Part shown: positions 10,501 through 20,946 of the stretch, piece by piece
Layout of the letters: each line of letters starts with the position of its first letter
Numbering within the stretch: the stretch's first letter is position 1
Source: a virus
Virus record (IMG/VR): IMGVR_UViG_3300010286_000195
DNA length: 64,000 nt
Strand: one strand, 5' to 3'
The notes under the pieces: model-generated
Told to the model about the DNA's origin: nothing
Database searches by the model: none
What the model saw: the letters and a program-made list of their open reading frames with translations, nothing else
Program-made: the position numbers and the translations under genes

Positions 10501-11546
10501 AGGCAGTTCTCCGTGGACTACGTGATTATAATGTCAATTCCTTCACGGTTACTCTGAAGAGTAATGAGAAGAAATACTGTGTTGTTACCATCTCTGCAAA
10601 AGACTACTACACGCTTCAGAGTGAATCGGAGTTGATGTTGATTGTTGATGGAATGGAAATATTCACTGGCGTAATCAACAAAATCAATTTTGATTACCAG
10701 AATAACAAATACACTATTACCCTTGATGAACTTGCTTACAAGTTGGCAATAGACTATGATTTATTGAAAAAAGGTGAGAGTTTTGACATCACTTACACCT
10801 CAACCACCTCTGACATCATCTTGTCAGAGATCCTTGCTAATACAGCGTTTACAGTGGGCTACGTGCCATCACAGACTATTGCTGAACTAAAGGGTGACAA
10901 ACTTAATTGCTACGAGTGGTTGCGTTTACTTGCTAATAATTGTGTGTGTGGTCTTGATGCTGATGGAAAGTATACTACTATTACTGATAACATTGTCTCT
11001 GAACAAACTGCGTGTGATGTGTGGACGGTAGGAAATGAAATTTATATCGGTGTCAATGGTTGCACTCGTAGTAATAAATCAAGTCATACCTGGAACAAAA
11101 AAACATGCGACATAACCAATGCAATTATTGATATTCCAGAGATTGAAGTTAATGTTCATCCTGTGCAGAAGGTTATTGTAATTGGTAAGGATGGTGTTAC
11201 TGGTGAGGCAAGTGTAGGCACTAGTCCCACTATTGTTATTACAGATGATTCTTGTGCGGATGCAGCAGCATGTGAGAAACGTGCAAAAGATGAATTGAGT
11301 AAGCAGAATAAACTCGCATCACTCACGATTAATGTTGATCCTGATTTGTTCTACTCAAAGGCGATTGAACTTGGTTGTCACGTTACTATAAGTGAACCTG
11401 CATTCATCGCTGGTACGTATGAGATTATTGAAATGGAAATTACTCAAGATAAGTGTAGTATTACCCTTGATAGACCAAAGAAACGATTAGAAACTATACT
11501 TGATGATTTGAAGCGTCGTGTGAATTTAATTGAGAGGTGGAGATAA
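10497..11546 (+). CDS. putative baseplate hub/tail tip protein
   Basis: Follows tape measure gene; hub-like layout (VIVIGKDG...CEKRAKDELSK). Confidence 0.55.
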   Translation: MKAVLRGLRDYNVNSFTVTLKSNEKKYCVVTISAKDYYTLQSESELMLIVDGMEIFTGVINKINFDYQNNKYTITLDELAYKLAIDYDLLKKGESFDITYTSTTSDIILSEILANTAFTVGYVPSQTIAELKGDKLNCYEWLRLLANNCVCGLDADGKYTTITDNIVSEQTACDVWTVGNEIYIGVNGCTRSNKSSHTWNKKTCDITNAIIDIPEIEVNVHPVQKVIVIGKDGVTGEASVGTSPTIVITDDSCADAAACEKRAKDELSKQNKLASLTINVDPDLFYSKAIELGCHVTISEPAFIAGTYEIIEMEITQDKCSITLDRPKKRLETILDDLKRRVNLIERWR

Positions 11547-14429
11547 ATGTATATTGGAGATATTTATATTCCGTATGTATCGGAATTTTCAATAAATAAA
11601 ACCACCAAAGATAGTAAAGAAACTAACTTCATCTCTGGCGATGCTGATCTTGATGAGACTGCACCGAAACTGAAAGAACTTACTATAGCGGGTGTTGCAG
11701 CAGCATATGGAAATAAAACTTCTGATGATTATGCTGATGATCTTGAAGCAGCATTGATTCGTAATTCTGCCTACAATATTGTCGAATATAATAATAAGAA
11801 GGGTTACTTTGTCCTTACTGATATCGATATACCTGACACAGTAGAGAATCAAAATGCGCGTGAGTTTACTGGAACAGGTAAATTCCTTCCTGCTGCTCGC
11901 TATGAGTGTTCTTATCGTGTAGAGACTGATTATGTTGATAGTGATTTTGCAATACAGTTTCCCCCAATCATTGCCCTTCCTACAGGTGCAACCAATGTAA
12001 GAATCAAATCACCCTGGGAAATTATGTTCATTGATGAATGGCATGGAACTGTGGGCAATGATGGTAAGATATCTATATTTAAACCGTTTCCTATTTTTGA
12101 TGCTGATAATTATGCTATAACATCTACAGGCACTAAAACGTTTATGGAGTCTGCCTACGGATGTTTTGTAACAGTCCTTGATGCACAGAATGAGAAAACA
12201 GAATGGACTACAACAGTAGGAACAGACTTACCTAAAGGACGTTACAAGATTGTATTCCGCTTACAGGATTTAAATGTTGCTGATGATATATCCGTGACCG
12301 TAACGGGCAATAAAAGTGGTGAATTAATTAATGAAATATTCACAACAGGTAAAACTACATGGACTACCATTGAGACTTCAGAATTTGAGGTTATAACACA
12401 TGAAACGTTGTCTGTTTCCATAAAGAAGGTAAAAGCAACAACAAATACAATCAAAGTAAACTACGGATTCATTCTTCCTACCTATACTGCAAAGGTAGTA
12501 TTTGAGAATGATACTGAAGTAGATTGTGGTAATGTCAAGGTGTTTGATACCAATGGTTCTACAAATGAATCTGATTGGAAACAAGTGTTTAATTACAACC
12601 ATGACTTCTCTACGGGTATAGTTATTCAAAACTCATTCTTCCGTTGGCATGTGGATACAAATGAGATTTGGAATAATACAGGTGAGTTAACCAATCTCAT
12701 CAATAATCAGGTAGGAAGATTATATCCACGTGCATTTAAAAATAATAATGTCAGTTACATTGTAAAGGAGATTCGTCCTGATCTGGTTGAAATTGAGTTT
12801 TCTCTATTCAATGGTGAATCAGATGCAAATGCAGAAGATTGTAGGGAGATAGTTCTTGTCCGGTTTACACCTCTCTATGTTACGTTTGAATTAATCCGCA
12901 ATGGAACATTCAAGTGGGATTGGCATATTGATTTCAGCACTATGCCATCCTGGAAGGCGATTAGTGCGCCTTCTAACTTAATGGTAACATCATCGTTAGC
13001 AAACACTGAACATACAAGTGAGAATGGTATCTTTACAGTAATATTTGATGAGTGTATTGCAGGTGTTTGTAAGTCTAAAAACAGTAGTGCATTAGTGCTT
13101 GGTGAAGGTGGTTTGTATGTAAACAATACTGCTGAATCGGGCAACTTTATGTTTACACTCTTTATGATTTCTGGTTCACTTGGTTCACAGTATATATTTC
13201 AGAATACAACTGACGCGCAAGTAACAAACGTGCAAAAGAATAGAATTTATGATGATTTCTCGATAGATTCATCAAGTGAATATATTGTAGAAAATGGTAG
13301 TAATTTTACTGAAACTTATGGCAATGGATTGCGAATACAAAGCGATAGTGATACGATTGTTACAAAGAAATTAAAGAATTTAAAATTGGGAACTGGAAGA
13401 TATAAAATAAATTGCACAAATGTATCAATGAAACCAGTAACACGCGAAGTTGGTATAATCATTGCTAGTGATCCAAATTATGATAATACATATTATGTGT
13501 GTTGTGTTGAGTATGATAAAACGCAACCCACAGGTGGCGACAAAACTAAATTAAAATTGTTAAAATTTAAAAGAAATCAAGGCAGTCAAGGAACATATGG
13601 AACCAATGGTTATGGTAAATATGGTTATGGTGCTGATGGGAGTGAAGTTGTTGCAGCAGTAGCAAATATTAATATGAGTATAGGTTGTGTTATTGAATGT
13701 GATTATAACAAAGAACAACGTAAATTTGAAATATATTGTTATAAAATGACAGAAGAACGTCCATCTAAGCCTCAGATAATTTATGTTGGCGATGAAACAT
13801 TTGATTATGGTAATGTTGGTTTGTTTACTCGTGTATCTGAAGCAGGTGTTGGTAATCTTGATACTATTTTCTGGGAATTAGAAGTATCTGATTCAATGAT
13901 CTATGAAAATGTAGGTTATCCATTTACTGTAATTACAAGCCCATCACATGGTGGAGTAATGGGCATACAAGCCATTGATATTTTTAATGGTAAAATTGGT
14001 CAAGATATCGATGTTGGACGTTATAATTTAGTTGTTCAAACAATCTCAACAAAACCTGTAACTGCGTTATATTTAAATTATGTTAACACTACGAAAGGTA
14101 AAACACTTGCTATTAATTCTGTTACACAGAATGAAGAAATAGGTGGTGATGCAATATTAACAACATATAACCGCATTATTGAGTTTAAAGAATCTGATGT
14201 TGGTGATAATGCACGTATTTTCATTGAAAAATTTGTTAATACATATATTGGTATAAACTTGGTTACTTACGCTGCACTTATTCCAATTTCAAATACAGAA
14301 GGTAGTGAAATTATAACACCAACAAATCTTTCCTTTGCATCGTTTAATGAACAAAACTATTACAGAAATCTTGAACCTAAAGAATTTGGTTCAAATCTGT
14401 TGAATAGAAAATATAAATCATACAGGTGA
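11547..14429 (+). CDS. tail tip/adsorption protein 1
   Basis: 960 aa, beta-rich; paralogous to 15186..19691 over its N- and C-terminal regions; one DDFS-initiated lectin-like module. Confidence 0.6.
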   Translation: MYIGDIYIPYVSEFSINKTTKDSKETNFISGDADLDETAPKLKELTIAGVAAAYGNKTSDDYADDLEAALIRNSAYNIVEYNNKKGYFVLTDIDIPDTVENQNAREFTGTGKFLPAARYECSYRVETDYVDSDFAIQFPPIIALPTGATNVRIKSPWEIMFIDEWHGTVGNDGKISIFKPFPIFDADNYAITSTGTKTFMESAYGCFVTVLDAQNEKTEWTTTVGTDLPKGRYKIVFRLQDLNVADDISVTVTGNKSGELINEIFTTGKTTWTTIETSEFEVITHETLSVSIKKVKATTNTIKVNYGFILPTYTAKVVFENDTEVDCGNVKVFDTNGSTNESDWKQVFNYNHDFSTGIVIQNSFFRWHVDTNEIWNNTGELTNLINNQVGRLYPRAFKNNNVSYIVKEIRPDLVEIEFSLFNGESDANAEDCREIVLVRFTPLYVTFELIRNGTFKWDWHIDFSTMPSWKAISAPSNLMVTSSLANTEHTSENGIFTVIFDECIAGVCKSKNSSALVLGEGGLYVNNTAESGNFMFTLFMISGSLGSQYIFQNTTDAQVTNVQKNRIYDDFSIDSSSEYIVENGSNFTETYGNGLRIQSDSDTIVTKKLKNLKLGTGRYKINCTNVSMKPVTREVGIIIASDPNYDNTYYVCCVEYDKTQPTGGDKTKLKLLKFKRNQGSQGTYGTNGYGKYGYGADGSEVVAAVANINMSIGCVIECDYNKEQRKFEIYCYKMTEERPSKPQIIYVGDETFDYGNVGLFTRVSEAGVGNLDTIFWELEVSDSMIYENVGYPFTVITSPSHGGVMGIQAIDIFNGKIGQDIDVGRYNLVVQTISTKPVTALYLNYVNTTKGKTLAINSVTQNEEIGGDAILTTYNRIIEFKESDVGDNARIFIEKFVNTYIGINLVTYAALIPISNTEGSEIITPTNLSFASFNEQNYYRNLEPKEFGSNLLNRKYKSYR

Positions 14430-14435
14430 TTAAAC

Positions 14436-15053
14436 ATGGCAAATACTTATACTCCGAAATTAAATTTAGCAAAACCGGCACATGGTGATGTTAATTGGCA
14501 CATTCCAGTTAATGAAAATTGGGATAAGATTGATACTGAATTAGATAAAGCATTAAAAATAAGTGGGACGACGATTGACGCGGATAAAAACTGGAACGGG
14601 AAAAGTATCACGAATGTGAACCAAATACAAGCCGCCTCCGCGAATATAACCGAAATAACAACGTCGAGATATTCACTGCTTCCGGACAGCACCCTTTGTT
14701 ATGCCGACAATACAGAAGTATCGCGGGAAGGGGGCACCCCCACCATAGTCAAAACGGCCCCTCCGGTGCCCGCCGGGAGGTATGGGACAGTCACGGTTTA
14801 TTTCAACCTAAAAACGACCCAATCCGCGTCCAGGTATGCCGCACACCTCCAAATCCATAAAAATGGCGTATCGGTGTATTCCACCAGAACAGACTCGTAT
14901 TATTATGTCGATTACGCAACAAATATCAACGTGGCTCCAGGGGATGTTTTGGCGTTAGCACTCTTTGCTGAACCCTACGTTACCGCGACGAACACCCGAT
15001 TTGAAATTCATGCGATCACGTTGCCGGGAATTATAAATTCACTTAGATGGTAG
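14436..15053 (+). CDS. short tail fibre-like protein
   Basis: N-terminal TPKLNLAKP...NENWDKID motif is typical of fibre anchors; C-terminal half is visibly more GC-rich. Confidence 0.6.
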   Translation: MANTYTPKLNLAKPAHGDVNWHIPVNENWDKIDTELDKALKISGTTIDADKNWNGKSITNVNQIQAASANITEITTSRYSLLPDSTLCYADNTEVSREGGTPTIVKTAPPVPAGRYGTVTVYFNLKTTQSASRYAAHLQIHKNGVSVYSTRTDSYYYVDYATNINVAPGDVLALALFAEPYVTATNTRFEIHAITLPGIINSLRW

Positions 15054-15185
15054 GGGGACAGACATGGTAGCAGGAGCAGGTATGCATATGATCGTATGCA
15101 TAACCCCGGCACCATGCTCTCCCAAAAATATAATTACTTAATATAAATTATAATTCATCTAAAAACAATAAAAAGGTGATATAAC

Positions 15186-18100
15186 ATATATATAGGTGAT
15201 ATTTATTTACCTATTCTTTCCAAAATTGATAAGAAATCTGTCTCGAAAATAACCAAAGAAATTGCAGGTATTAACGCTAAAGAATCGAGAACTGTTTCTA
15301 TTCGTAGGAATCTGCAACCGATTACTCTTGAAGGTTATCTTTACAATGATGGTGAAAAGGATGATGCACAATACGCAGAAGATGTAGAAGCATTACAGTA
15401 TCGTTCTGCTGGATATTGCTACACGAAATATGCAGACTTAGATGGTTTCATTGAGATTGAAAATGCTGAGGCACCACAAACGTCAGAGGAGTTAGGTGTA
15501 AGGAATTATACAGTGGAAGGAAAGTATCTTCCTGCGAGCAAATATGAGCGTGTAGTGGAAGTGGAAACAGAAATGCGTGGGAATGAATTTAATATAGTGT
15601 TTCCTCCGCATGTTGCTCTTCCTGTGGGGGCTACAAATGTTAGAGTCAAGACTTCGCAGGATAGTGTGAAATTATCTGCACCTGCATTTATGGCAGGAGA
15701 TATACCGATTTATAGACCGTTCCCTGCATTCTATCCTGATGATGTTACACATTCAGCAGGTGATACTCCGAAGTATGATACTACAGCGTATAAGATGTCT
15801 TACAACTTACTTAGTGCAAAGGATGAATCTATTTCTTACACGTTTGTATCGGGTGTGGATGTCCCTCTTGGTTCTTACTGTGTTGTCCTACGCATGAAGA
15901 GTGATGCTACAATCGCATCAGACGCACGTATCGTTGTTTTAAGCGGGGATAATGTTGTAGTTGATAGTTTACATACCCTCGTAGGTGATAATGTCTGGAA
16001 CATAGTAAAATCTGCATCCTTTAATATTACACAGAGAGGTATAACCTACACTATTAAGGTTTCTAAGGTAGAAGCGGATGTTGCCAACCTTGCAGTCAAC
16101 TATGGATTCCTCCTACCTGAAAAGAGAGCGCGTGTTGCATTTGATGTAGCGGCAGAGTATGATGTAGGCGAGTGTAAGGTATTTGATACTATTACTACGG
16201 ATTCTGAAGAGTCTACATGGATACAGGTATTCAATCCTGAGCATGATTTTGCAGGTGACATTGTTGTTCAAAACTCTATGTTCCGGTGGGTAATCAAACA
16301 AACTGCCTGGAAGGATGCAACTAAGGTTTACAACATCTCTGGTAGTGCTCCTGTTGAAATTGGTAAACTGTATAATAAGGCATTTGGTGATGATTCGGTT
16401 GCAATCAAGTTTAAGGAGATTAAACCTAATTACCTGAAATTCACTTTCGAGTTAGACACAGGTAATGCAACATCAGAGTCTACAAGTGCAAAAGAGATTG
16501 ATACTGTTGAGATTACACCATTCAATGTTGTAATTGACAAGGATGTAATTGGTGCTTACAAGGATCATTATACATTCGAGTCTACACCCGATGTAATGAT
16601 AGAATATGAGAATGGTGTCATTGCAGGTATTGACTCAAATAGTATCTACGGTTTGATTAAGTCTGTTAATGTTACGAGCAGTTATGATGGAGATATTATT
16701 GAAACAACGGGTAATGAATCGAGTGATTCTTATGTAGTGCCTTTTGTCATTCCATGTGAAATTACATCTTACTTGTATAAACAGGCAGCAGATTTAGTTA
16801 TTAGCAAGGACAACGGCGATGTCGAGCGCAAGTTCTTCAAGGATGATTTCAGTGTTGATTCCAGCGACAACTATACTGGACACGATGAAACTTCCAAAGG
16901 TTTCTATACATGGGATACTGCAAATAGCAAGTTGGTTTGGCAGGTTACATCAATATCTTCTAATCAGGCTAATATCTACAATCCAATAACGGCAGGACAA
17001 TATGGAATTTCTTCAGTATCGTTTAAGTGTACGGATTACGACGAAACATATGTGCAGACTATCGGTTTGATCGTAGCAAAACGGGGCGATGTTTATGTAG
17101 GAGCCGTTATTCGTCGTGATACTGACGGCAGGAACAGATTCGTGATATTCATGGGCAGTTGGGAGGTACGTGGAGACACTGGATTAACCATCGGAGTTGA
17201 CGTTTTCGATGGTGCGACGTATACCATCACTGTTGAAACAACCCCAACAGGAATTAATGGAAAGGTCTATCGAGAAGGCGTGTATGTGAGAGGATACACT
17301 GTTCCATACGCCGAGTTTAGAATGTATACCCCGCCCACACCCGATGAATTTGTGATCGGATTCGGTTCTCAGATAGGGGCTGCAAAAAATATTACTTGTG
17401 AGGTTTACGACCTGTCGTTTAAACCAACCATATCTTACGCCGACGACTTCTCCACCGATACCACCGAGCGGTATCAGGCAGTTACCGGCACTGTCACGTA
17501 TGACGATACCAACAAGCGGATGAACGTCACCACAGCGACAGGAGCGAATGGAAAAGCATCCGGCAGGTTGAAGTCCTACAAGTTCTGTGAAGGCGCACAA
17601 CAATTTGATGTAACGCTCCCTGTCGGCGCAGACGGGGATTTCATCTGCTTGGTCACTCATGCTACCGATCCTGCAATGACAAATGGTATTGGTGTAGGAT
17701 TACAGTCTGATGGTGCGGGGAACTGGAACCTCGCAACCTTATCTGGAACTACGGTTACTGAAGGGGCACCAAGCGGGTTGACTGATGGCAAGACTGCACG
17801 CATTGAGATTGAGAAGGACAACACAGGAGCGTATTGGTATTATATCTATGATGCTGCTGGACCCAAACCGACAACGGCAACGGGGAAACTCTTCACCACG
17901 TTATCAGAGGGTTACACCGGATGGTATGCTAACGGTAACAGCAAGACCTATGCAATTGAAAATATCTCCATTCGCGCTGAATCCATCGTTGGACGGACGA
18001 ATGTCGAGGTGACCGAGCCGTTCTGGTTCAGGGATGAGTTTGGAGAGGATTCGATTGGTCGCATATCTCGGGCTGGATACAATGGAGTTGGATCTGCATA

Positions 18101-19691
18101 TTCTGTGACATCTGGAAAATTGGTTCAGTCAAATGTAGGTATCCGGTCTATAATTGGTGTAATTTCTCCCAAATTAACTGGAGAGACAACATTCAAACTT
18201 AGTGCTGCTGGGACAGATACCGACACCGATAATGAAACCATTATAGGGATATCTGTCAGTGATTCGAAGTCTAACTATACAGATGACAATGTAATTATAG
18301 TGGGCGTTGCAGCAGCCGGGGACACAACGAAATACAATAAAATTTATGCTCGATGTGGAGATTTAACCTCCTCAACAGAAATTGCATATACGTATACTGC
18401 CGGTGTTCAGACAGAATTAAAGATAGTGTATGCTCCATCTACGGGAACCTTCACCATCTATGATTCGTCGGATGTGTTAATCGGCACTCTCCAACATGCA
18501 AACTACATCAAGACGGGTAGTTATTATGCCGGTGTTGGAGCATGTGCGAACATGACTGCAACGCTCTGCGCCGAATGGGATTATGTGGAAATCTCCGGCA
18601 CCCGAGTCTACAATAAACCCATCCACCGAGGAGCAATGCTTGAGACATATCACGATGGGACACAGGAGGTTGTAGGGACTACGTTTATTGATGATTTTAA
18701 CTGGGATAGAAGTGCCGAAGTCATTGTAGGTAAGGGAACGTATACGTGGGATACTATTAATGGTAAAATAACCTGTGCTACCTGTTCTGGTGATTATTCT
18801 GGATTGAGATTTGGTAATTTGCAGTTTGGCGATCAGTTTGCAGAAATCATAGTTACACCCACTGTTGATAAAACTGCATTTTATGTATTTAATTGGGACG
18901 GGTCATATGATTCAACCACAATACCTAACTTGATTGATAATTGTTACTACATAACACTTGTTGGCTCGTCTGGAGCACCCTCGTTTGAAATTAAAAAGCG
19001 CGTTGCTGGTGTAACTTATACATTGTCAGCAAATCCGGTCGCATATACCGCCACAAACCCGCATGTCATAAAACTACTGAAAGTTGGTTCGACAATTACC
19101 GCATCGCTTTATACACTCGATGGAGTATTGATAAAAACGGTAACGGTAACAGATTCTACATTTTCGGTAGGATATGTTGGACTTGGAACCTGGAGTACAG
19201 GTTCGAGTTTCCACAGTGTAAGAGTCATTGGTCTTGAATCGACCAGCACCAACGGAATTGTTGCCTGCATCCCGCCAATAGGGGGCGGGGCGAGATATGG
19301 GGTAGAAGAATCTGTTTACAACACTTTCACTACTGAAAATGTAAACAAAGGTGTATACCTCACTACTGCAAGGGTAAAAACAACTAATCCAAATGCAGAT
19401 GAAGTATCGCTTGAATATACCAATGATACTACTTCCATTACACTAAACACTACTCCCATTGATGTAGATGCAACTTACACTGTTAAAACTGCACCAATTA
19501 CCATTGATGCAAATGAAACTGATACCTTACGTGTAAGTGTGAAAAATTCTACTGCTTGTGTTCAATCTACAAACTATGTAGAGTCTCTTTCCCTGATTCC
19601 CGTTTCAGGTGATGATGTGTTATACCCACAGGATTTAGCATTTATCAGTGGTGTAAAACCGTCACAGAAGCGTAAGGTGGAGGTGAAATAA
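15186..19691 (+). CDS. tail adsorption protein 2 (about 1501 aa, apparent ATA start)
   Basis: Frame is open from 15180, after in-frame TGA 15177-15179. ATA-TAT-ATA-GGT-GAT-ATT-TAT aligns with the MYIGDIY start of paralog 11547. AGGTGAT lies 5 nt upstream. Four D[DE]F-initiated modules. Confidence 0.7.
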   Translation: MYIGDIYLPILSKIDKKSVSKITKEIAGINAKESRTVSIRRNLQPITLEGYLYNDGEKDDAQYAEDVEALQYRSAGYCYTKYADLDGFIEIENAEAPQTSEELGVRNYTVEGKYLPASKYERVVEVETEMRGNEFNIVFPPHVALPVGATNVRVKTSQDSVKLSAPAFMAGDIPIYRPFPAFYPDDVTHSAGDTPKYDTTAYKMSYNLLSAKDESISYTFVSGVDVPLGSYCVVLRMKSDATIASDARIVVLSGDNVVVDSLHTLVGDNVWNIVKSASFNITQRGITYTIKVSKVEADVANLAVNYGFLLPEKRARVAFDVAAEYDVGECKVFDTITTDSEESTWIQVFNPEHDFAGDIVVQNSMFRWVIKQTAWKDATKVYNISGSAPVEIGKLYNKAFGDDSVAIKFKEIKPNYLKFTFELDTGNATSESTSAKEIDTVEITPFNVVIDKDVIGAYKDHYTFESTPDVMIEYENGVIAGIDSNSIYGLIKSVNVTSSYDGDIIETTGNESSDSYVVPFVIPCEITSYLYKQAADLVISKDNGDVERKFFKDDFSVDSSDNYTGHDETSKGFYTWDTANSKLVWQVTSISSNQANIYNPITAGQYGISSVSFKCTDYDETYVQTIGLIVAKRGDVYVGAVIRRDTDGRNRFVIFMGSWEVRGDTGLTIGVDVFDGATYTITVETTPTGINGKVYREGVYVRGYTVPYAEFRMYTPPTPDEFVIGFGSQIGAAKNITCEVYDLSFKPTISYADDFSTDTTERYQAVTGTVTYDDTNKRMNVTTATGANGKASGRLKSYKFCEGAQQFDVTLPVGADGDFICLVTHATDPAMTNGIGVGLQSDGAGNWNLATLSGTTVTEGAPSGLTDGKTARIEIEKDNTGAYWYYIYDAAGPKPTTATGKLFTTLSEGYTGWYANGNSKTYAIENISIRAESIVGRTNVEVTEPFWFRDEFGEDSIGRISRAGYNGVGSAYSVTSGKLVQSNVGIRSIIGVISPKLTGETTFKLSAAGTDTDTDNETIIGISVSDSKSNYTDDNVIIVGVAAAGDTTKYNKIYARCGDLTSSTEIAYTYTAGVQTELKIVYAPSTGTFTIYDSSDVLIGTLQHANYIKTGSYYAGVGACANMTATLCAEWDYVEISGTRVYNKPIHRGAMLETYHDGTQEVVGTTFIDDFNWDRSAEVIVGKGTYTWDTINGKITCATCSGDYSGLRFGNLQFGDQFAEIIVTPTVDKTAFYVFNWDGSYDSTTIPNLIDNCYYITLVGSSGAPSFEIKKRVAGVTYTLSANPVAYTATNPHVIKLLKVGSTITASLYTLDGVLIKTVTVTDSTFSVGYVGLGTWSTGSSFHSVRVIGLESTSTNGIVACIPPIGGGARYGVEESVYNTFTTENVNKGVYLTTARVKTTNPNADEVSLEYTNDTTSITLNTTPIDVDATYTVKTAPITIDANETDTLRVSVKNSTACVQSTNYVESLSLIPVSGDDVLYPQDLAFISGVKPSQKRKVEVK

Positions 19692-20321
19692 ATGTTACGT
19701 AAAATAGAATATCAAGGTGATTTTCCAGAAATGGAAAATCATATTCAATTTTCTGTAATAGAAGTTCAAACAAAAGAAGTAGTCATTGATGAGTTTACAG
19801 AACCCGAAGAGTATAATGTTGCATACCTCGATGTTGCTGAAACTTATCAGGCGATTGTTGATTACGAGACAATCATTTCCTACGATGAAGAGGGTAATGA
19901 AGTAGAGGTGCAGATTCCAATCTACGAAACATTCACAGTAGACATGGATTCATTCTCCCTTCCTGCTACATGGGATGAAATTCAGAATGTGTTACACTTT
20001 GATTTCAAGATTAAAGATAGACTCTATACCTTCTGTAACACTCCAGGAGCGATTAAAGTAGGATTACAAGATTCTATCATATGCAGAACCGTGTATGAAC
20101 CTGTTACAATCAATTATGGTGACAAGGGTAACATAACACAGAAACAGTCCTACATTAAGCGTTTTGAAATGCCTACTGTACCTCCACTTATGGTAGTCAA
20201 TGGTATGTTCACTTTACAGAATGATAGCAATGTGTTTATTGATCAATACACGAAAGAACAGATGACACTTGAAGATATTGAACTTTACCGTAATGGTGAA
20301 TATATTAAGAATTTTAGGTGA
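19692..20321 (+). CDS. hypothetical virion-associated protein
   Basis: 209 aa ORF with GAGGTGA RBS, translationally adjacent to the tail gene. Confidence 0.6.
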   Translation: MLRKIEYQGDFPEMENHIQFSVIEVQTKEVVIDEFTEPEEYNVAYLDVAETYQAIVDYETIISYDEEGNEVEVQIPIYETFTVDMDSFSLPATWDEIQNVLHFDFKIKDRLYTFCNTPGAIKVGLQDSIICRTVYEPVTINYGDKGNITQKQSYIKRFEMPTVPPLMVVNGMFTLQNDSNVFIDQYTKEQMTLEDIELYRNGEYIKNFR

Positions 20322-20327
20322 ATAAGA

Positions 20328-20684
20328 ATGAATGAATTTGGTAATGCGTATATAGAAAAGGTTTGGTGCAATTCTGTTAAGTCTCCTCGTCCATTGAAGG
20401 TGATTCCTTACAAGAAGGATTTTAAAGTATTCTTCAGTGTGAGGGGAACAGAAATAGGTAGAATAACGATTGGTATATTTGTGGATGATATTCTGGATCA
20501 GATGCTTACCACGAATATTCTAGAGAAAAATAAGAGTCTTGCAATTTGGTTTTGGTATCCTTACAAGCGTAAGCAGATAGGTAAGCATGTAATCCAGTTC
20601 AAGATTGGTGAGGCAACCGATAGAACGGCAGATTCCGTTACGTGGAAATATACTTCTGATAAATATATAGTTGAGGTGAAATAA
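20328..20684 (+). CDS. hypothetical Ig-like protein
   Basis: 118 aa, beta-rich; AGGTGA RBS. Confidence 0.5.
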   Translation: MNEFGNAYIEKVWCNSVKSPRPLKVIPYKKDFKVFFSVRGTEIGRITIGIFVDDILDQMLTTNILEKNKSLAIWFWYPYKRKQIGKHVIQFKIGEATDRTADSVTWKYTSDKYIVEVK

Positions 20685-20685
20685 T

Positions 20686-20943
20686 ATGGATAGTGTATTA
20701 CAATTTATTTTAAACGCTGATGTTCTTTTTTTCCTCTTCTCTACTCTTCTTACAATTGGAGTAGGTTATTTTGTGGGGAAGGGTTTTTCCTTCAAAGAGA
20801 TTCAAGACATAATTGATGTAGCCAAGGAAAGTTATGAGGATGGGTATATTGACCCTGATGAAGCACGATTGATTTACAAGGAGATTGAAGATGTAATTGG
20901 TAAGGATTGGTTTATTCGTCTGATAAAACTAGTAAAGAGGTGA
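20686..20943 (+). CDS. holin-like small membrane protein
   Basis: N-terminal hydrophobic helix (VLFFLFSTLLTIGVGYFV) and basic C-terminus; end of the late operon. Confidence 0.45.
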   Translation: MDSVLQFILNADVLFFLFSTLLTIGVGYFVGKGFSFKEIQDIIDVAKESYEDGYIDPDEARLIYKEIEDVIGKDWFIRLIKLVKR

Positions 20944-20946
20944 CAC

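Noticed and set aside
14436-15123. Diversity-generating retroelement target (variable tip plus hairpin)
   Set aside because: No reverse transcriptase and no template repeat seen in the window.
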